Source: Felis catus
Lineage: Eukaryota
Direction: 5' to 3'
DNA length: 64,000 nt
NCBI RefSeq assembly: GCF_018350175.1
Contig: NC_058368.1
Span: forward strand, 141,238,001-141,302,000
Shown here: positions 46,612 through 60,262 of the stretch, piece after piece
How the letters are laid out: each line of letters starts with the position of its first letter
Numbering within the stretch: the first letter of the stretch is position 1
Made by a program: the position numbers and the translations under genes
The notes under the pieces: model-generated
The model's input: the letters and a program-made list of their open reading frames with translations, nothing else
Databases searched by the model: none
Told to the model about the DNA's origin: nothing

Positions 46612-49522
46612 TCATGCAGGGAGGGCTAAGCCACTCTGGGAACTGCCAGAGGTGAGAACAGGTCTTCCTCATCTTTATAAGTCCCTCCTGAGCCGCACCC
46701 GGGGGACACACAGAAAATGCGTGTGGAGTGAATGTTTGCATCCGGGGAAAAGAAGCTGCAGAGTGAGGGTAGCAGAAGTGGCTCCTGTGTGTGCTTGTCT
46801 GCCGTCCATGTCTGGACTAGGGAGCACGCGGCACGGCGTGGACTCTGAGTTCAGCACGTCTGCAGGAAGGGCTTCTACAACACGCCCTGGCCCAAGAGAA
46901 GCCCCACGGGGAAAAACTGCCTTCCGCCCTGGGTCTGTCAACTCTGTGAGGAGAGGGACCTTGCCCGTTTCCTGAGGAAGCACCCAGCGCAGATCCTGGC
47001 CTGTCAGGGCTGCTCCCGAATAGTGGGTGATGTTCTGCCCAGTTATCACTCGCCCTAGGAGTGGTTGCAGGCATGGGGGCAAGGCCTGACCTGAAGGTTC
47101 TTTACTTCCCAGTTACAGTCAAATTTGGGACACCTGGACAAAACTAATTCCACAGTCTACATCCCAAGCCCTTTTTATCCATTTCAGCTAATGGGATTTT
47201 TTTTTCCCCCATTTCTTTTCCATATGAACGTTTCATGGCTATGAGATCGGGTAGGGAGAGTAATGGTGTGGATGGTGTTTATTAAGTTTTCTGTTTGACT
47301 TTAAATTTGAAACCTTCACCTAGTACCCTTTAGGCCGTGAGAACACCTATTTTTTTAAAAAGCAATTTTCAATAAATCATTGTCCTTGTGACTGTCCAGT
47401 GCTGAGGTGCCAAGGCTTGTTTCTGTCCGGTGAGGCGGCAAACTGGCTGCCCTCTTTAGCACAGGAGCAATGTGTTCTGTGTGAGTGGTCTGCTTGCGGG
47501 GTAATAGCCGGATTGTGTCCCAAGATTGCAGCACTGGCGAAGGGACAGTGTTAACCTAGAAGGAGCCTAGCGACAGCGTTCTGCAGGGCGGGCCTGAGCC
47601 CTCAGGAACCAACGCCCTGGGGATGGTGAGCTGTACAGGTCTACCAGGCTAAGCAAGGGCAGCTTTGTGCTTGCGAGCAGTTAGAGAACAGGTTGTTACC
47701 CCTCACTGTGGCCAGTGGTTCTGCCTCTGGGCCCGAGAACCTCTGTGCCTGTGCTTGGGGCAATTCATCACTGTGGAAAGGCAGCCTTCGGGGTGAAGGG
47801 AGGTTCTCCATGGGCTGCAGCAGCTTCGTGTTGCCTGGCAGGTCCTTGAGGTGCAGGATTGTGGGGCCAGACAGGCCCCCATGCATGTTGCCTTACTTTT
47901 GATAAATAAGTTAACAGGGATTGTTTGAGCAGTTTCTCCAGAGTAGTTTCCTGGATTAGGAGTTTAAAGTGATATCAAGACTGTAGCATCTTTAAAATAT
48001 CTAAATGGAGGGTTCAGGGTTCTAGGCTTTGCTGGGGACTGACAGCCTCCTGGTGGCCAGCAAGGGCCCTTCAGTGCAGGGTATCCACTCAGGACATGGG
48101 TGCCGCTGGATGATGCAAGTCAGGCCCAGAATAACCCTTCCGGAGGCAAAAGACCCTTGGGGGCCTCTCAACTCATCAGCTTCTATTGGAGCAAGAGGGT
48201 AAAGTACTAGGGAAAAAAGTCTTCCAAAAAGTTCTTTTTGGACAATACTGACTACTATTTGTAAAGTTAAAAAGAAGGGCTATGAAATTTGGTTTCCTAA
48301 GAAAATATAAGCGTCTCTCCATAAAAATGAAAGGAAAAAAACATGTTTCATGTTGTTCATAATGAATGTCCTCCTTATGCAGCAGCTGGAGTTGAGCCGG
48401 CATTTGACTTTCTGGGACACAGTCACGTTCCTCTGGGTTCAGTGGTGCAGGGCAGAGAGTGAGTGCCGTCCCTTGTGGAGTGAGCCATGCAGAAGAGTTA
48501 CCCTTTCTCGGGTTCGAAGTCATCTCTGGCCCAAAACACACTTGCCACCTGGTCTTGCTGGCCGTGTCCTTGACCTTTGATGTTCAAAATATCAGTGGTA
48601 GCCCGGGAACTTTTACATTTTGCTAAGGTTCTAACAGTGCTGGATCACAGACCTGAGTTGTCTGTGTGTGCATTTTTTCACCATCAGCCCATACTGTTCT
48701 CATAAAGTGACTCCACTGGACATCCTTTTGGAGTGTGACTGTCACCTCCAACTCCTTGGCAAGAGCTAATAAAGGTGGCATGGCCTTTGTAACTAATACT
48801 TCCCCATGGGGGAATCAGGTTCCTCAAGTGTAGAAATCATCAGATTCCCCAGAGAAATCTTGACTTCTAGCATTGCATTTTTGCTAGCATATTCAGAAAA
48901 GAATTGTGATTCATGACAGTCTTTCAGATCCATCTTTTCTTCCTCCAGAAGAACATTCACTTTCTGTAGCATCACTGAGTTAAAGCCACTCCTCCACTCC
49001 CAGTCCACCCTACACTCTGTGCCAGGTTCATCTTCCCAAGATGGCACTTGGATCATTTATTTTCATCTTAAAAACTTCCACTGGTTTCCTGTTGCCTCTG
49101 AAGTCTGTCCAAGTGACTTCCAGTCCCAGTACTTGCCCCTTGTCCCTCCTTGGATGTGGCACATGCTTTCCTCCATGGAAGTTTCACTCTGGAAAGCTCA
49201 GCTTCTTGGCACCCTTTTTAGTCTTAGCTCCCAAGTCCGAGATAGATGTGCAAAGGCAGATTCACGAATCCAGTTCCTTCTGCCGAATGTCCCCTCCACA
49301 GGTCTTGTGTCCTTCCTGAGGCCCTGCATCACAGAGCCCAGTACTTGGTCAGGTTTTGTCCCACTACACTTAGCTTCCAAGTAGCTTTCAGTGTCTTATT
49401 CTTCCCTTGGGGCCTTACACAGCGCTAGGGAGGTGAGTAACACAGTTGACTTTTGAACACTGTGGAGGTTGGGTGTGCTGACCCCACACACAAAAATGCA
49501 CATAAAACTTTTGACTCCCCCA

Positions 49523-49730
49523 GGCACTCCTGCCTGAGTGGTTTAGTTGGTTAAGCAACTGACTCCTTATATTTGCTCAGGTTATGATCTCACAGTTTGT
49601 GAGACTGAGCCCCATGTTGGGCTTGGCACTGAGCATGGAGTCTGCTTAGGATTCTCTCTTTTCCTCTCTCTCTCTCTCTCTCTCTGCCCTCTCCGACTTG
49701 CACACTCTCTCAAATAAACATTTAAAAAAT
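49523..49730 (+). mobile_element. Can-SINE in Tigger2
   Basis: TSD ctttgactccccc. Confidence 0.88.
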
Positions 49731-50070
49731 GCTTTGACTCCCCCAAACTTAACTACTAATAGCTCACTGATGACCAAAAGCCTTACCAATAACATAAACA
49801 ACCATCGAACACATATTTGATATGTTATATGTATTAAGTACTATGTTCTTACAATCAAGTAAGCTGGAGAAAAGAAAATGTTACAAGAAATGTTATAATC
49901 ATAAGGAAGAGAAAATACATTTACAGTACTGTTCTATATTTATTGATACTATAATTTACATCATCTGTTTACCAGATGAATCATCAGTACCTACATCAGT
50001 ACTGTCTTATATAATACAGAGTGCTGTATATATTACACATCTTACACTAGACATCACAAATGACAGGAAA

Positions 50071-50255
50071 AGGGCACCTGGGTGGCTCAGTTGGTTAAGT
50101 GACTGACTTTGGCTCAGGTCATGATCTCATGGTTTGTGAGTTGGAGCCCCACGTCCCGCTCTATATTAACAGCGCAGAGCCTGCTTCAGATCGTCTGTTT
50201 TGCTCACTCTCTGCCCCTTCCCAGCTTGTGCTGTCTCAAAAATAAACATCAAAAA
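50071..50255 (+). mobile_element. Can-SINE in Tigger2
   Basis: TSD aaatgaca.. Confidence 0.88.
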
Positions 50256-51249
50256 ATGACAAGATAATATGAAAAAAATTCATAATTTTTTACAGGTGTA
50301 AGAATTCATGCACTGATAACAAAGCACTATAATTGCTTTATTGTAGTCTGGTGTAACTGATACGATTGCCTCATAGTAGCCTAGCCTATACGCTAAAGAA
50401 TGAATTGTTACAACATTTATATGGCATATAGTATTATAGTCATATTCATAATACGATATTGGAAACGTTCTTAGATTTATTTTTAAAAACTGCTTACCTG
50501 CGATGATAGGCTGACATTCAGTTTCTTCAGTTATGAGAGAGAGAGGCATTCTGTATAGTTGAAAGCAAAGTTAGAAAAAAGACACGTGATTAATTTTATA
50601 TTAAATACTCACTTTCACTCACCTTATGCCTGTGTTAGAATGGGCTGTCTGCTTCATACAAGTCTTGCATGTGGTGTTCTACATGATGACTGCTCAGGCA
50701 AGGGCAAGGACACAAAAATGTCTCAGACAGTTCTTGCCATACAGTTACTGGATTTCTACATGAAGATGCTCACACACATACACAACAGGTAAGCTTATGA
50801 ATCTTAAGCACAGTTGTTTACTATTCATTAAGTGGAAGTGGATCATCATGAAGGTCTTCATCCTCTTGACATTGAGTAGCCTGAGAAGGAGCACGAGGAG
50901 TTGGTCCAGCTCTCTTAGGGGATCAAGAGATGGCAGGGGTGGACAGGGAGGCAGGAGAGGTGGGCATGTTGGGTGTAAATTTACAAAAATACATCGTGAT
51001 GCCTGTCTGACTTTTTGGCTTTTTCCTTTGTCTAAAAATGTTTTTATTTTTTCATTACCATTTCCTTCTCCCGTCATTTACTCTAGTTTCAGTGCCTGAA
51101 TCATAGAAGGGTCCACGTCATAAAAGAAGTCAAAAGCAGTCTCGAATAATAAGAACCCTCTGCCAGCTCACCTAATGTCACTTTGTGTTCAGTTTGTGTT
51201 CAGTTGTTCAAATGTGCAATTTGTCAATTTGTGTTCAATTGTTCAGTTG

Positions 51250-51770
51250 TGCAAACCTCAGTTAGTTCTCTGTGTTTAAGAGTCTCTTCAGGTGCCTGGG
51301 TGGCTCATTAAGTGTCTGACTTTGGCTCAGGTCCTTGTATCAGTTTGTGAGTTTGAGCCCTGCATTGGGTTCTTTGCTGTCAGCACAGAGCCTGCTTCAG
51401 ATCCTCTGTACCTCCCTCTCTCTGCCCCTCTCCTGCTCATTCTCATTCTCTCTCTGTCTCTCTTTCTCTATGTCTCTCTGACTCTCTTTCCCTGGAAAAA
51501 TAAACTTAAAAAAAAGAATGCCATGATTTAAAAAAAAAAAAGTCTCTTGTGGTTTGCCACCCTCTCTCTTTTTATCTTACTTTTCCTTCCCTTCCCCTAT
51601 GTTCATCTGTTGTGTTTCTTAAGTTCCACATATGAGTGAAATCATATAAATTTGTCTCCATCTGACTTATTTTGCCTAGCATAATACCTGCCAATTCCAT
51701 CCACATTGTTGTAAATGGCAAGATTTCATTCTTTGGGATTGCTCGGTAATATTCCATTGTGTCTGTGTGT

Positions 51771-51805
<35 letters not shown>

Positions 51806-52308
51806 CACCACATCTTCTTTATCCATTCATCAGTTGATGGACATTGGGGCTCCTCTCGTCGTTTGGCTGTTATTGATAGCACTGCAATAAACATTGGGGT
51901 GCATGTTCCCCTTAAAGCATTTTTGTACCCTTTGTATAAATACCTAGTAGTGCAATTGCTGGGCCGTAGGATAGTTCTATTTTTATTTTTTTGAGGAACC
52001 TCCATACTGTTTTCCAGGGTGGCTGCCCCAGTTTGCATTGTGACCAGTAGTGCAAAAGTGCTCCCCTTTCTCCACATGGTCTCCAACATCTGTTGTTGCT
52101 TGTGTTGTTCATTTTAGCCATTCTGACAGGTGTGAATTGGTATCTCATTTTGATTTTGATTTGTATTTCCCTGATGATGAGTGAGGTTAAGCATCTTTTT
52201 CATGTGTCTGTTAGCCAGCTGGAAGTGTTCTTTGGAAAAGCGTCTATTCATGTGTTTTGCCCATTTCTTCACTGGATTATTTATTTTTTGGGTGTTGAGT
52301 TGGTAAGA
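51250..52308 (-). mobile_element. LINE-1 3' fragment lacking its poly(A) end
   Basis: ORF2 C-terminal remnants ([21 protein letters not shown]). Interrupted by a SINE at ~51290-51540. Confidence 0.85.
51290..51540 (+). mobile_element. Can-SINE in L1 3'UTR
   Basis: TSD agtctctt. Confidence 0.88.
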
Positions 52309-55300
52309 ATGTCTATTTAGGTCCTCTGCCCATTTTTAAATTGAATTTTTTGGGTTTCTTGGTGTTGGGTTATGTAAGTTCTTTATATATTTTAGCTATC
52401 AGTCCTTTATTGGATATATCATTTGCAAATTTTTCTTCCATTCAGTAGGTTGCCTTTTTGTTTTATTGATGTTTTCCTTTGCTATGTAAAAGCTTTTGAC
52501 TTTGGTGAAGCCCTAGTAGTTTATTTTTGCTTTTGCTTCTCCTGCTTGAGGAGACGTGTCCATAAATAAATTGCTAAGGGTGATATCCAAGAGATTACTG
52601 CCTGTTTTTTTTCTAGGAGTTTTATGGTTTCAGGTCTCACATTTAGGCGTTTGATCCATTTGGAGTTTATGTGTATGGTGTAAGAAAGTGGTCCAGTTTC
52701 ATCCTTTTGCATGTAGCTCTTTAGTTCTCCCAATAGCATTTATTGAAGACTATCTTTTCCCATTGTATATTCTTGCTTCCTTTGTTATAGATTGACTGCA
52801 TAGCTGTGGGTTTATTTCTGGACTCTCTATCCTGTTCTATTGATCTATGTGTCTGTATTTTGTCTATGTTTTGAATACTATAGCTTTGTAGTATATCTTA
52901 GGGTCTGGGATTGTGATATCTCCATCTTTGTTCTTTTCTCAAGGTTGCTTTGGCTATATGTGCCTCCATATAAATTTTAGGATAATTTTTCTAGTTCTGT
53001 GAATTATGTGATTTGTATTTTGATAGAGATTGCATTGAATCTGTAGACTGGTTAGTATTGGCATTTTAACAGTATTAATTCTTTCAATATATGAGCATCG
53101 TATATATTTCCAATTATTTTGTCTTCGTTTTCTTTCATCAGTGTTTGAGTTTTCAGAATAGAAGTTTTGTACCTCCTTAGTTAAATTTATTCCTAGGTGT
53201 TTTATGCTTTTTGGTGCAATTATAAATGGAGTTGTTTTCTTCATTTCTCTTTCTGCTACTTTAGTGTTAGCGTATAGAAATACGACAGGTTTATACATAT
53301 TAATTTTATATCCTGTAACATTACTGGATTCATTTATTCTAGGTTTTTGGTGGAGTCTTTAGGGTTTTTTGTGTACACTAACTATCACGTCATCTGCTAA
53401 TAGTGAAAGCTTTATTTCTTTATTACCAGTTTGTATTTCTATAACTTCTTGTCTGATTGCTGTGGCTAGGACTCTTGCAGTACCATGAAGAATAAAAGTG
53501 GTGAGAGTGGACATCCTTGTCTTGTTCCTGGTCTTAGAGATAAAGATCTTATTTTTTCACTTGTGAGTGTGATGTTAACTGAGTTTTTCATCTATGGCCT
53601 TTGTTATGTTTAGTTTATGATCCCTTAATAATGACTTGTTAAATGTTTTTATTATGAATGGATGTTGAATTGTGTCAAATGCTTGTTCTGCTTCTGTTGG
53701 ATGACCGTACTGTTTTTATATTTCCTCTTCTTAATGTATTGTATCATTTAGATTTGTTAATACTGAACATCCTTGATAGAGATTGCATTGAATCTGTAGA
53801 CTGCTTTGGTTAATATTGGCATTTTAACAGTATTAATTCTTTCATCCTTGACAGAGATCCCTTGCATCCTTGGAATAAATCCCACTTGTTTGTAGTGAAT
53901 GATTTTTTTTAATGTGCTGTTGAATTTGGTTTCCTAATATTTTGTTGAGGACTTTTACACCTGTGTTTATCATGGATATTGTCCTATAGTTTTTTATACA
54001 GTGTCTTTGTCTGGTTTTAGTATCAGCATAATGCTATCTTCATAGAATGAGTTTGGGAACATTCCTTTCTCTTCTGCTTTTTGATATAATTTGAAAGAGG
54101 TATTAATTCTTCTTTAAATGTTTGATAGAATTCCCCTGTGAAACCATCCGGTCCTGGGCTTTTTCTGTTGGGAATTTTTTGATTACCAGTTCATTTTGTT
54201 ACTAGTAATTAGTCTGTTGAGATTTTCTATTTTTTCCTTATTCATTCTGGGAAGATTATGTGTTTCTAGAAATTAGCCATTTCTTTTAGGTTGTCCATCA
54301 TGTTGGTATGGGATGTTTTGGAATTGTCTCTTATAACCTTTGTATTTCTGTGGTGTCTTAACACTTACTCTTTATTTTATTTTTTTTATTAAATTTTAAT
54401 TTTAATTCCAACATGGTTAATACACTGTTAAATTAGTTACAGGTGTACAGTGTAGTGATTCAACAATGCCCTTCATCACTCAGTGTTCATCACGACACAT
54501 GCACTCCTTAACCCCCATCCCCTATTTCACCCATCCTTCCCTCCTGCCACCTCCCCTCTGGTAACCATCAGTTTGTTCTCTGTAGTTAAAATTCTCTTTC
54601 TTGGTTCATCTCTTTCTGTTTTTTCTTCTTTGCTCATTTGTTTTGTTTGTTAAATTCCCATATGAGTGAAATCATATGGTGTTTGTCTTTCTCTGACTTA
54701 TTTTGCTTAGCATAATACTCTCTAGCTCCATCCTTGTCATTGCCAATGGTAAGATTTCATCCTTTTATGGCTGAATAATAGTCCATTGTATGTGTAAATA
54801 CCACATCTTATTTACCCATTCATTTATAGATGGACACTTGGGCTGCTTCCAAATCTTGGATATTACAAATAATGCTGCTATAAACAGCATTAAGAGTATA
54901 TAAACAGCATAAAGAGTCATGTATCCTTTCAAATTATGTTTTTCATATTCTTTGGGTAAATACCCAGTAGTGGGATTGCTGGATCATAGAGTAGTTCTAT
55001 TTTTAAATGTTTGAGCAATGCCCATACTGTCTTCCATAGTGATTGCATCCATTTGCATTCCCACCAACAGTGAAAGAGGGTTGCTTTTTCTCTACATCCT
55101 CACCTGTTGTTTCTTGTGTCCTTGATGTTAGCCATTCTGACTGGTGTGAGGCAATATCTCATTGTGATTTTGATTTTCATTACCCTGATGGTGACTGATG
55201 TTGAGCATCTTTTTATGTGTTTGTTGGCCATCTGGGTGTCTTCTTTGGAGAAATGTCTGTTCCTGTCTTCTGCCCATTTTTTAATTGGGTTATGTGTTTT

Positions 55301-57041
55301 TTTGGGTGTTGAGTTGTATAAGTTCTTCATATATTTTGGATGCTAACTCTGTTGGATATGTCATTTACAAATAACTTCTCCCATTCAGTAGGTTGTCTTT
55401 AGTTTTGTTGATTGTTTACTTCACTCGGCAGAAGCTTTTTATTTTAAGGCAGTCCCAATAGTTTATTTTTGCTTTTGCTTCCTTTACCTCAGGAGAGCTA
55501 TCTATAAAGAATGTTGTTATGGCCATTGTCAGAGAAATTACTGCCCGTGCTCTCTTCTAGGATTTTTATCGTTTCAAGTCTCATATTTATATCCTTTTAA
55601 TCCATTTTGAGTTTGTGTGTATGGCATAAGAAAGTGGTCCAGTTTCATTCTTTTACATGTAGCTGTCCAGTTTTCCCTATTTGTTGTCCATTTTTCAACT
55701 ATTTGCTGAAGAGACTTTTTCCTGTTGCCTATTGTTTCCTCCTCTTTTGAAGATTAATTCACCATATAATTGTGGGTTTATTTCTGGGTTTTCTCTTTTG
55801 TTCTATTGATCTCTGTGTCTATTTCTGTGCCAATACCACGGTGTTTTGATCACTACAGCTTTGTAAAATAACTTGAAGTATGTAATTGTGATACCTCCAG
55901 CTTTTTTTTTTTTTCCAAGGTTGCTTTGGCTATTCAAGATCTTTTATGTTTCCATACACATTTTAGGATTGTTTGTTGTAGTTCTGTGAAAAATGCTTTT
56001 GATATTTTGATGATGATTGCAATAAATGTGTAGGTTGCTTTGGGTCGTATGGACATTCTAACAATATCCTTCCAATCCATGAGCATGGAATATCTTTCCA
56101 TTTCTTAGTGTCATCTCCAATTTCTTTTATCCATGTTTTATAGTTTTCAGAGTACAGGTGTTTTACTTCTTGGTTAAATTTATATCTGGTTATCTTATTA
56201 TTTTTGGTGCAATTGTAAACGGGATTATTTTCTTAATATCTATTGCTTCATTATGAGTGTGTAGAAATGCCACAAATTTCTGCACAATGAGTTTGTATCC
56301 TGTGACTTTATGGAATTCATTTATCAGTTCTAGTAGTATTTTTTTATTAGTGCAGACATTAGGGCTTTCTATATATAGTTTCATGTCATCTACAAATAGT
56401 GAAAGTTGAATTTCTTCCTTATCACTTTGGTTGCAACTTATTTTTGTTGTCTGATTGCTGCGACTAGGGCTTTTAATACTATATTGAATAAAAGTGATGA
56501 GAGTGTACATCCTTATCCTCTTCTTGAACTTAGGGGAAAAGCTCTCAGTTTTTTCCCCATTGAGCTGTGATGTTAGCTGTGGGTTTTTCATTTATGGTCT
56601 TTATTGTGTCTAGGTATGTTCTGTCTAAACCTGCTTTGTTGAGGGTTTTTATCATGAATGGATGTGTATGATGTCAAATGCTTTTTCTGCTTCTATTGAA
56701 AGGATCATATGGTACTTACCTTTTCTCTTACTGAAGTGATGTATCATGCTGGTTTATCTGTGAATATTGAACCACCCTTGCATCCCAGGAATAAATCTCA
56801 CTTGATTGTGGTAAATGAATTTTTAAATGTACTGTTGGATTCATTTTGCTAGTTTTTTGTTGAAGGTTTTTACGTCTGTGTTCATCAGAGATAGTGGTCT
56901 TTTTTGTGGTATCTTTATCTGGTTTTGGTATTAGGGTAATGCTGCCCTCATAGAATGAATTTGGAAGCTTTCCTTCCTTTTCTTTTTTTATTGACTAGTT
57001 TGAGAAGAAGATGTATTAATTCTTCTTTAAATGTTTTCATA

Positions 57042-57250
57042 GGGGCACCTGGGTGGCTTAGTCGGTGAAGTATACGACTTCAGTTCAGGTCATGATCTCA
57101 CAGTTTGTGAGTTCAAGTCCCCCATCAGGCTCTCTGCTATCAGCACAGAGTCTGCTTCAGATCCTCTGTCCCCCTCTCTCCCTGTTCCACTCCCCCCCAC
57201 TCTTGTGTGCTCTCTCTCTCAAAAATAAATAAATTTTTTTTTAATTTAAA
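57042..57250 (+). mobile_element. Can-SINE in L1 ORF2
   Basis: ggggcacctgggtggc head, tail. Confidence 0.9.
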
Positions 57251-58612
57251 AAATTGGGTGGAATTCACCTGTGTAGCTATCTGATCCTGGGCTTCTGGGG
57301 GGGATGTGGGGGGAGTTTTTTGATTATTGATTCAATTTCCTTGCTGGTAATTGGTCTGTTAAAATTTTGTATTCCTGCTTCAATTTTGGGAGGCTATATG
57401 TTTCTAGGACTTAATCCATTTCTTCTAGGTTGTCCAATTTTTTGGCATAACTTTCTCATTCTTTTACAGTTGTTTGTATTTTTGTGGTATTGGTTGTTAT
57501 TTTCTTTCATTTCTGATTTTTATTTCGGTCTTTTTTTTTTTTTTTTTTGGATGAGCCTGGCCAGACGTTTATCAATTTTGTTGATTTTTTCAGAGAACCA
57601 ACTCTTTGTTTCATTGATGTGTTCTGTTGTTTTTTTAGCTTCTATATCATTTATTTCTGCTTTAATCATTAGTATTTCCTTTCTTCTGCTGGTTTTGAGT
57701 TTTGTTTGTTCCCCTTTTTCTAGCTCCTTAAGGTGTAAGGTTAGCTTGTGTATTTGAGATTTTCCTTGCTTCTTCAGGGAGGCTTGTATTGCTATAAACT
57801 TCTCTCTTAGAAGTGCTTTTGCTACATCCCAAATGTTTTAGACATTGTGTTTTCATTTTCATTTGTTTCCATGTAATTTTTTATTTCTTTGATTTCTTCA
57901 TTGACTCATTCATTGTTTAGTAGCATGTTACTTAATCTCTGTGTATTTATGGTCTTTCCAGATTTTGTCTTACGGTTGATACATAGTTTCATAATGTGGT
58001 GGTCAGAAAGGATGCATGGTATGACTTCGATCTTCTTGAATTTGTTGAGGCTGGTTTTGTGGGCTAATATGTGATCTCTTCTGGAGAGTGTTCTGGGTGC
58101 ACTTGAAAAGAATGTGTATCCTGTGCTTTAGGATGGAATGTTCTGAATATATCTGTTAGATTAATCTGGTCCAGTGTCATTCAAAGCCTTTGGTTTCCTC
58201 GTTGGTTTTCTCTTTGGACAATCTGTCCATTGATGCAAGTGGGGAGTTACAGTCCCCTCGTATTACTGTATTATTAATAATTAGTTCCTTTATGTTTGTT
58301 ATTAACTGTTTAATCTCTTTGGGTGCTCCCATGATGAGTGTATAAATGTTTACAACTGTTCTATCTTCGTGTTGGATTGTTTCCATTATTTTATAGTGCC
58401 CTTCTTTGTCTCTTGTTACAGTCTTTGTTTAAAGTGTAGTTTATCTGATGTAAGTATTGCTACTCCAGCTTTTTTTCCTGGCATCCATTTACATGATAAA
58501 TGTTTCTCCATCCCTCCCTTTCCATCTACAGGTATCTTTAGGTCTGGTGAGTCTTTCATAGGCAACATATAGGTGGATCTTGTTTTTTTTTATCCACTGA
58601 CATCCTGTGCCT

Positions 58613-58824
58613 TTTTTTTTTTAACGTTTTATTTATTTTTGGGACAGAGAGAGACAGAGCATGAACGGGGGAGGGGCAGAGAGAGAGGGAGACACAGAAT
58701 CGGAAACAGGCTCCAGGCTCTGAGCCATCAGCCCAGAGCCCGACGCGGGGCTCGAACTCACGGATCGCGAGATCGTGACCTGGCTGAAGTCGGACGCTTA
58801 ACCGACTGTGCCACCCAGGCGCCC
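58613..58824 (-). mobile_element. Young felid Can-SINE
   Basis: TSD catcctgtgccttt, CpG-rich. Confidence 0.95.
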
Positions 58825-59549
58825 CATCCTGTGCCTTTTGACTGGAGCATTTAGTCCAATTACATGCATTCTAATTATTGATAAGTTTTTATTGCCAGTT
58901 TGTTACTTGTTTTTTGGTTGTTTTTGTAGGTTTTCTCTGATCCTTTTCTTGCTCTCTTTCATGATTTGCTTGTTTTATTTAGTGATACACTTGGATTCCG
59001 TTCTCTTTATTCTTTGCATATCTCTTACTGGTTTTTGATTTGTGGTTACCATTAGATTTGCATATAATCTTTTCTGCATATAGCAGTCTATATTAAATTA
59101 AGGATCACTTAAGTTTGAACGCATTTTTCAGTCCTCCCCATGTCTTAGGTATATGGTTGTGATATTTTACATCCTTTTACTCTGTGAATCCCTTGACTGA
59201 TTTTTCACAGAAATACTGATTTTTACTGCTTTTGTGTTCCCTACCTTTTATACCCTGCCTTATGGTTTTTCCTTTCCACTCAGTCCCTTTTAATGTTTCT
59301 TGCAGCGCTGGTTTAGTGGTCGTGAAGTTGTTTAGTTTTTGTTTGAGAAACTTTTTATCTTTCCTTCTATTCTGAATGATAGCTTTCCTGGAAAGAGTAT
59401 TTTTGGCTGCAGACTTCTTTCTGTCAGCACCTTGAATATATCATGCCACTCCCTTCTGGTCTGCAAAGTGTCTGCTGAAATATCTGCTGATAGCCTAATG
59501 GGGTTTCCTTTGTATGTAACTGTCTCCTTTTCTCTTGCTGCTTTAAAAG

Positions 59550-60262
59550 TTTTTTTTTTTTTATCAGGAAAATTTTATTTTTATTTTTATTTTTGATAAC
59601 ATACATATTTTTTAAATTTAAATCCAACTTAGTTAACATACAGTGTAATAATGATTTCAGGAATAGAATCTAGTGATTCAGAACTTACGTATAACACCCA
59701 GTGCTCATCCCAACAAGTGCCCTTCTTAATGCCCATCTCCCATTTAGCCTATCCCCTGATCCAGCACCCCACCAGCAACCCTCACTTTGTTCTCTGTATT
59801 TAAGAGTCTCTTAAGGTTTGTCTCCCTCTCTGTTTTTGTCTTATTTTTCCTTCCCTTCCCCTGTGTTCATCTGTATTGTTTCTTAAATTCCACATATGAG
59901 TGAAATCATATATTTGTCTTTGTCTGACGGACTTATTTCACTTAGCATAATACATTCTAGATCCATCCATGTTGTTGCAAATAGCAAGATTTCATTCTTT
60001 TTGATCTCCCAGTAATATTCTTGTGTGTGTGTGTGTGTGTGTGTACACACAGTAGAATATATTGTGTGTATACATAAACAAACACACACACACCACATCT
60101 TCTTTATCTGTTCATCAGTTGATGGACGTTAGGGCTCTTTCCATAATTTGGCTATTGTCGATAGTGTTGCTATAAACTTTGGGGTGCATGTTCCCCTTTG
60201 AATCAACATTCCTGGATCCTTTGGATAAATGCCTAGTAGTGCAACTACTGGATAATAGGTAA
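59550..60262 (-). mobile_element. 5'-truncated LINE-1 3' end inserted in ORF1 of the 54.4-61.7 kb L1
   Basis: T-rich tail, L1 3'UTR and ORF2 terminus (LLFATTWMDLECIMLSEIS). Host ORF1 continues on both sides. Confidence 0.88.

Larger units (their letters stand above)
49443..51182. mobile_element. Tigger2-like DNA transposon, one end missing, two nested SINEs
   Basis: cagttgac..ttgaaca TIR followed by cttttgactcccc..aacttaactactaatagc..gccttaccaataacataaaca, plus gtggatcatcatgaaggtcttcatcctc. Confidence 0.8.
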
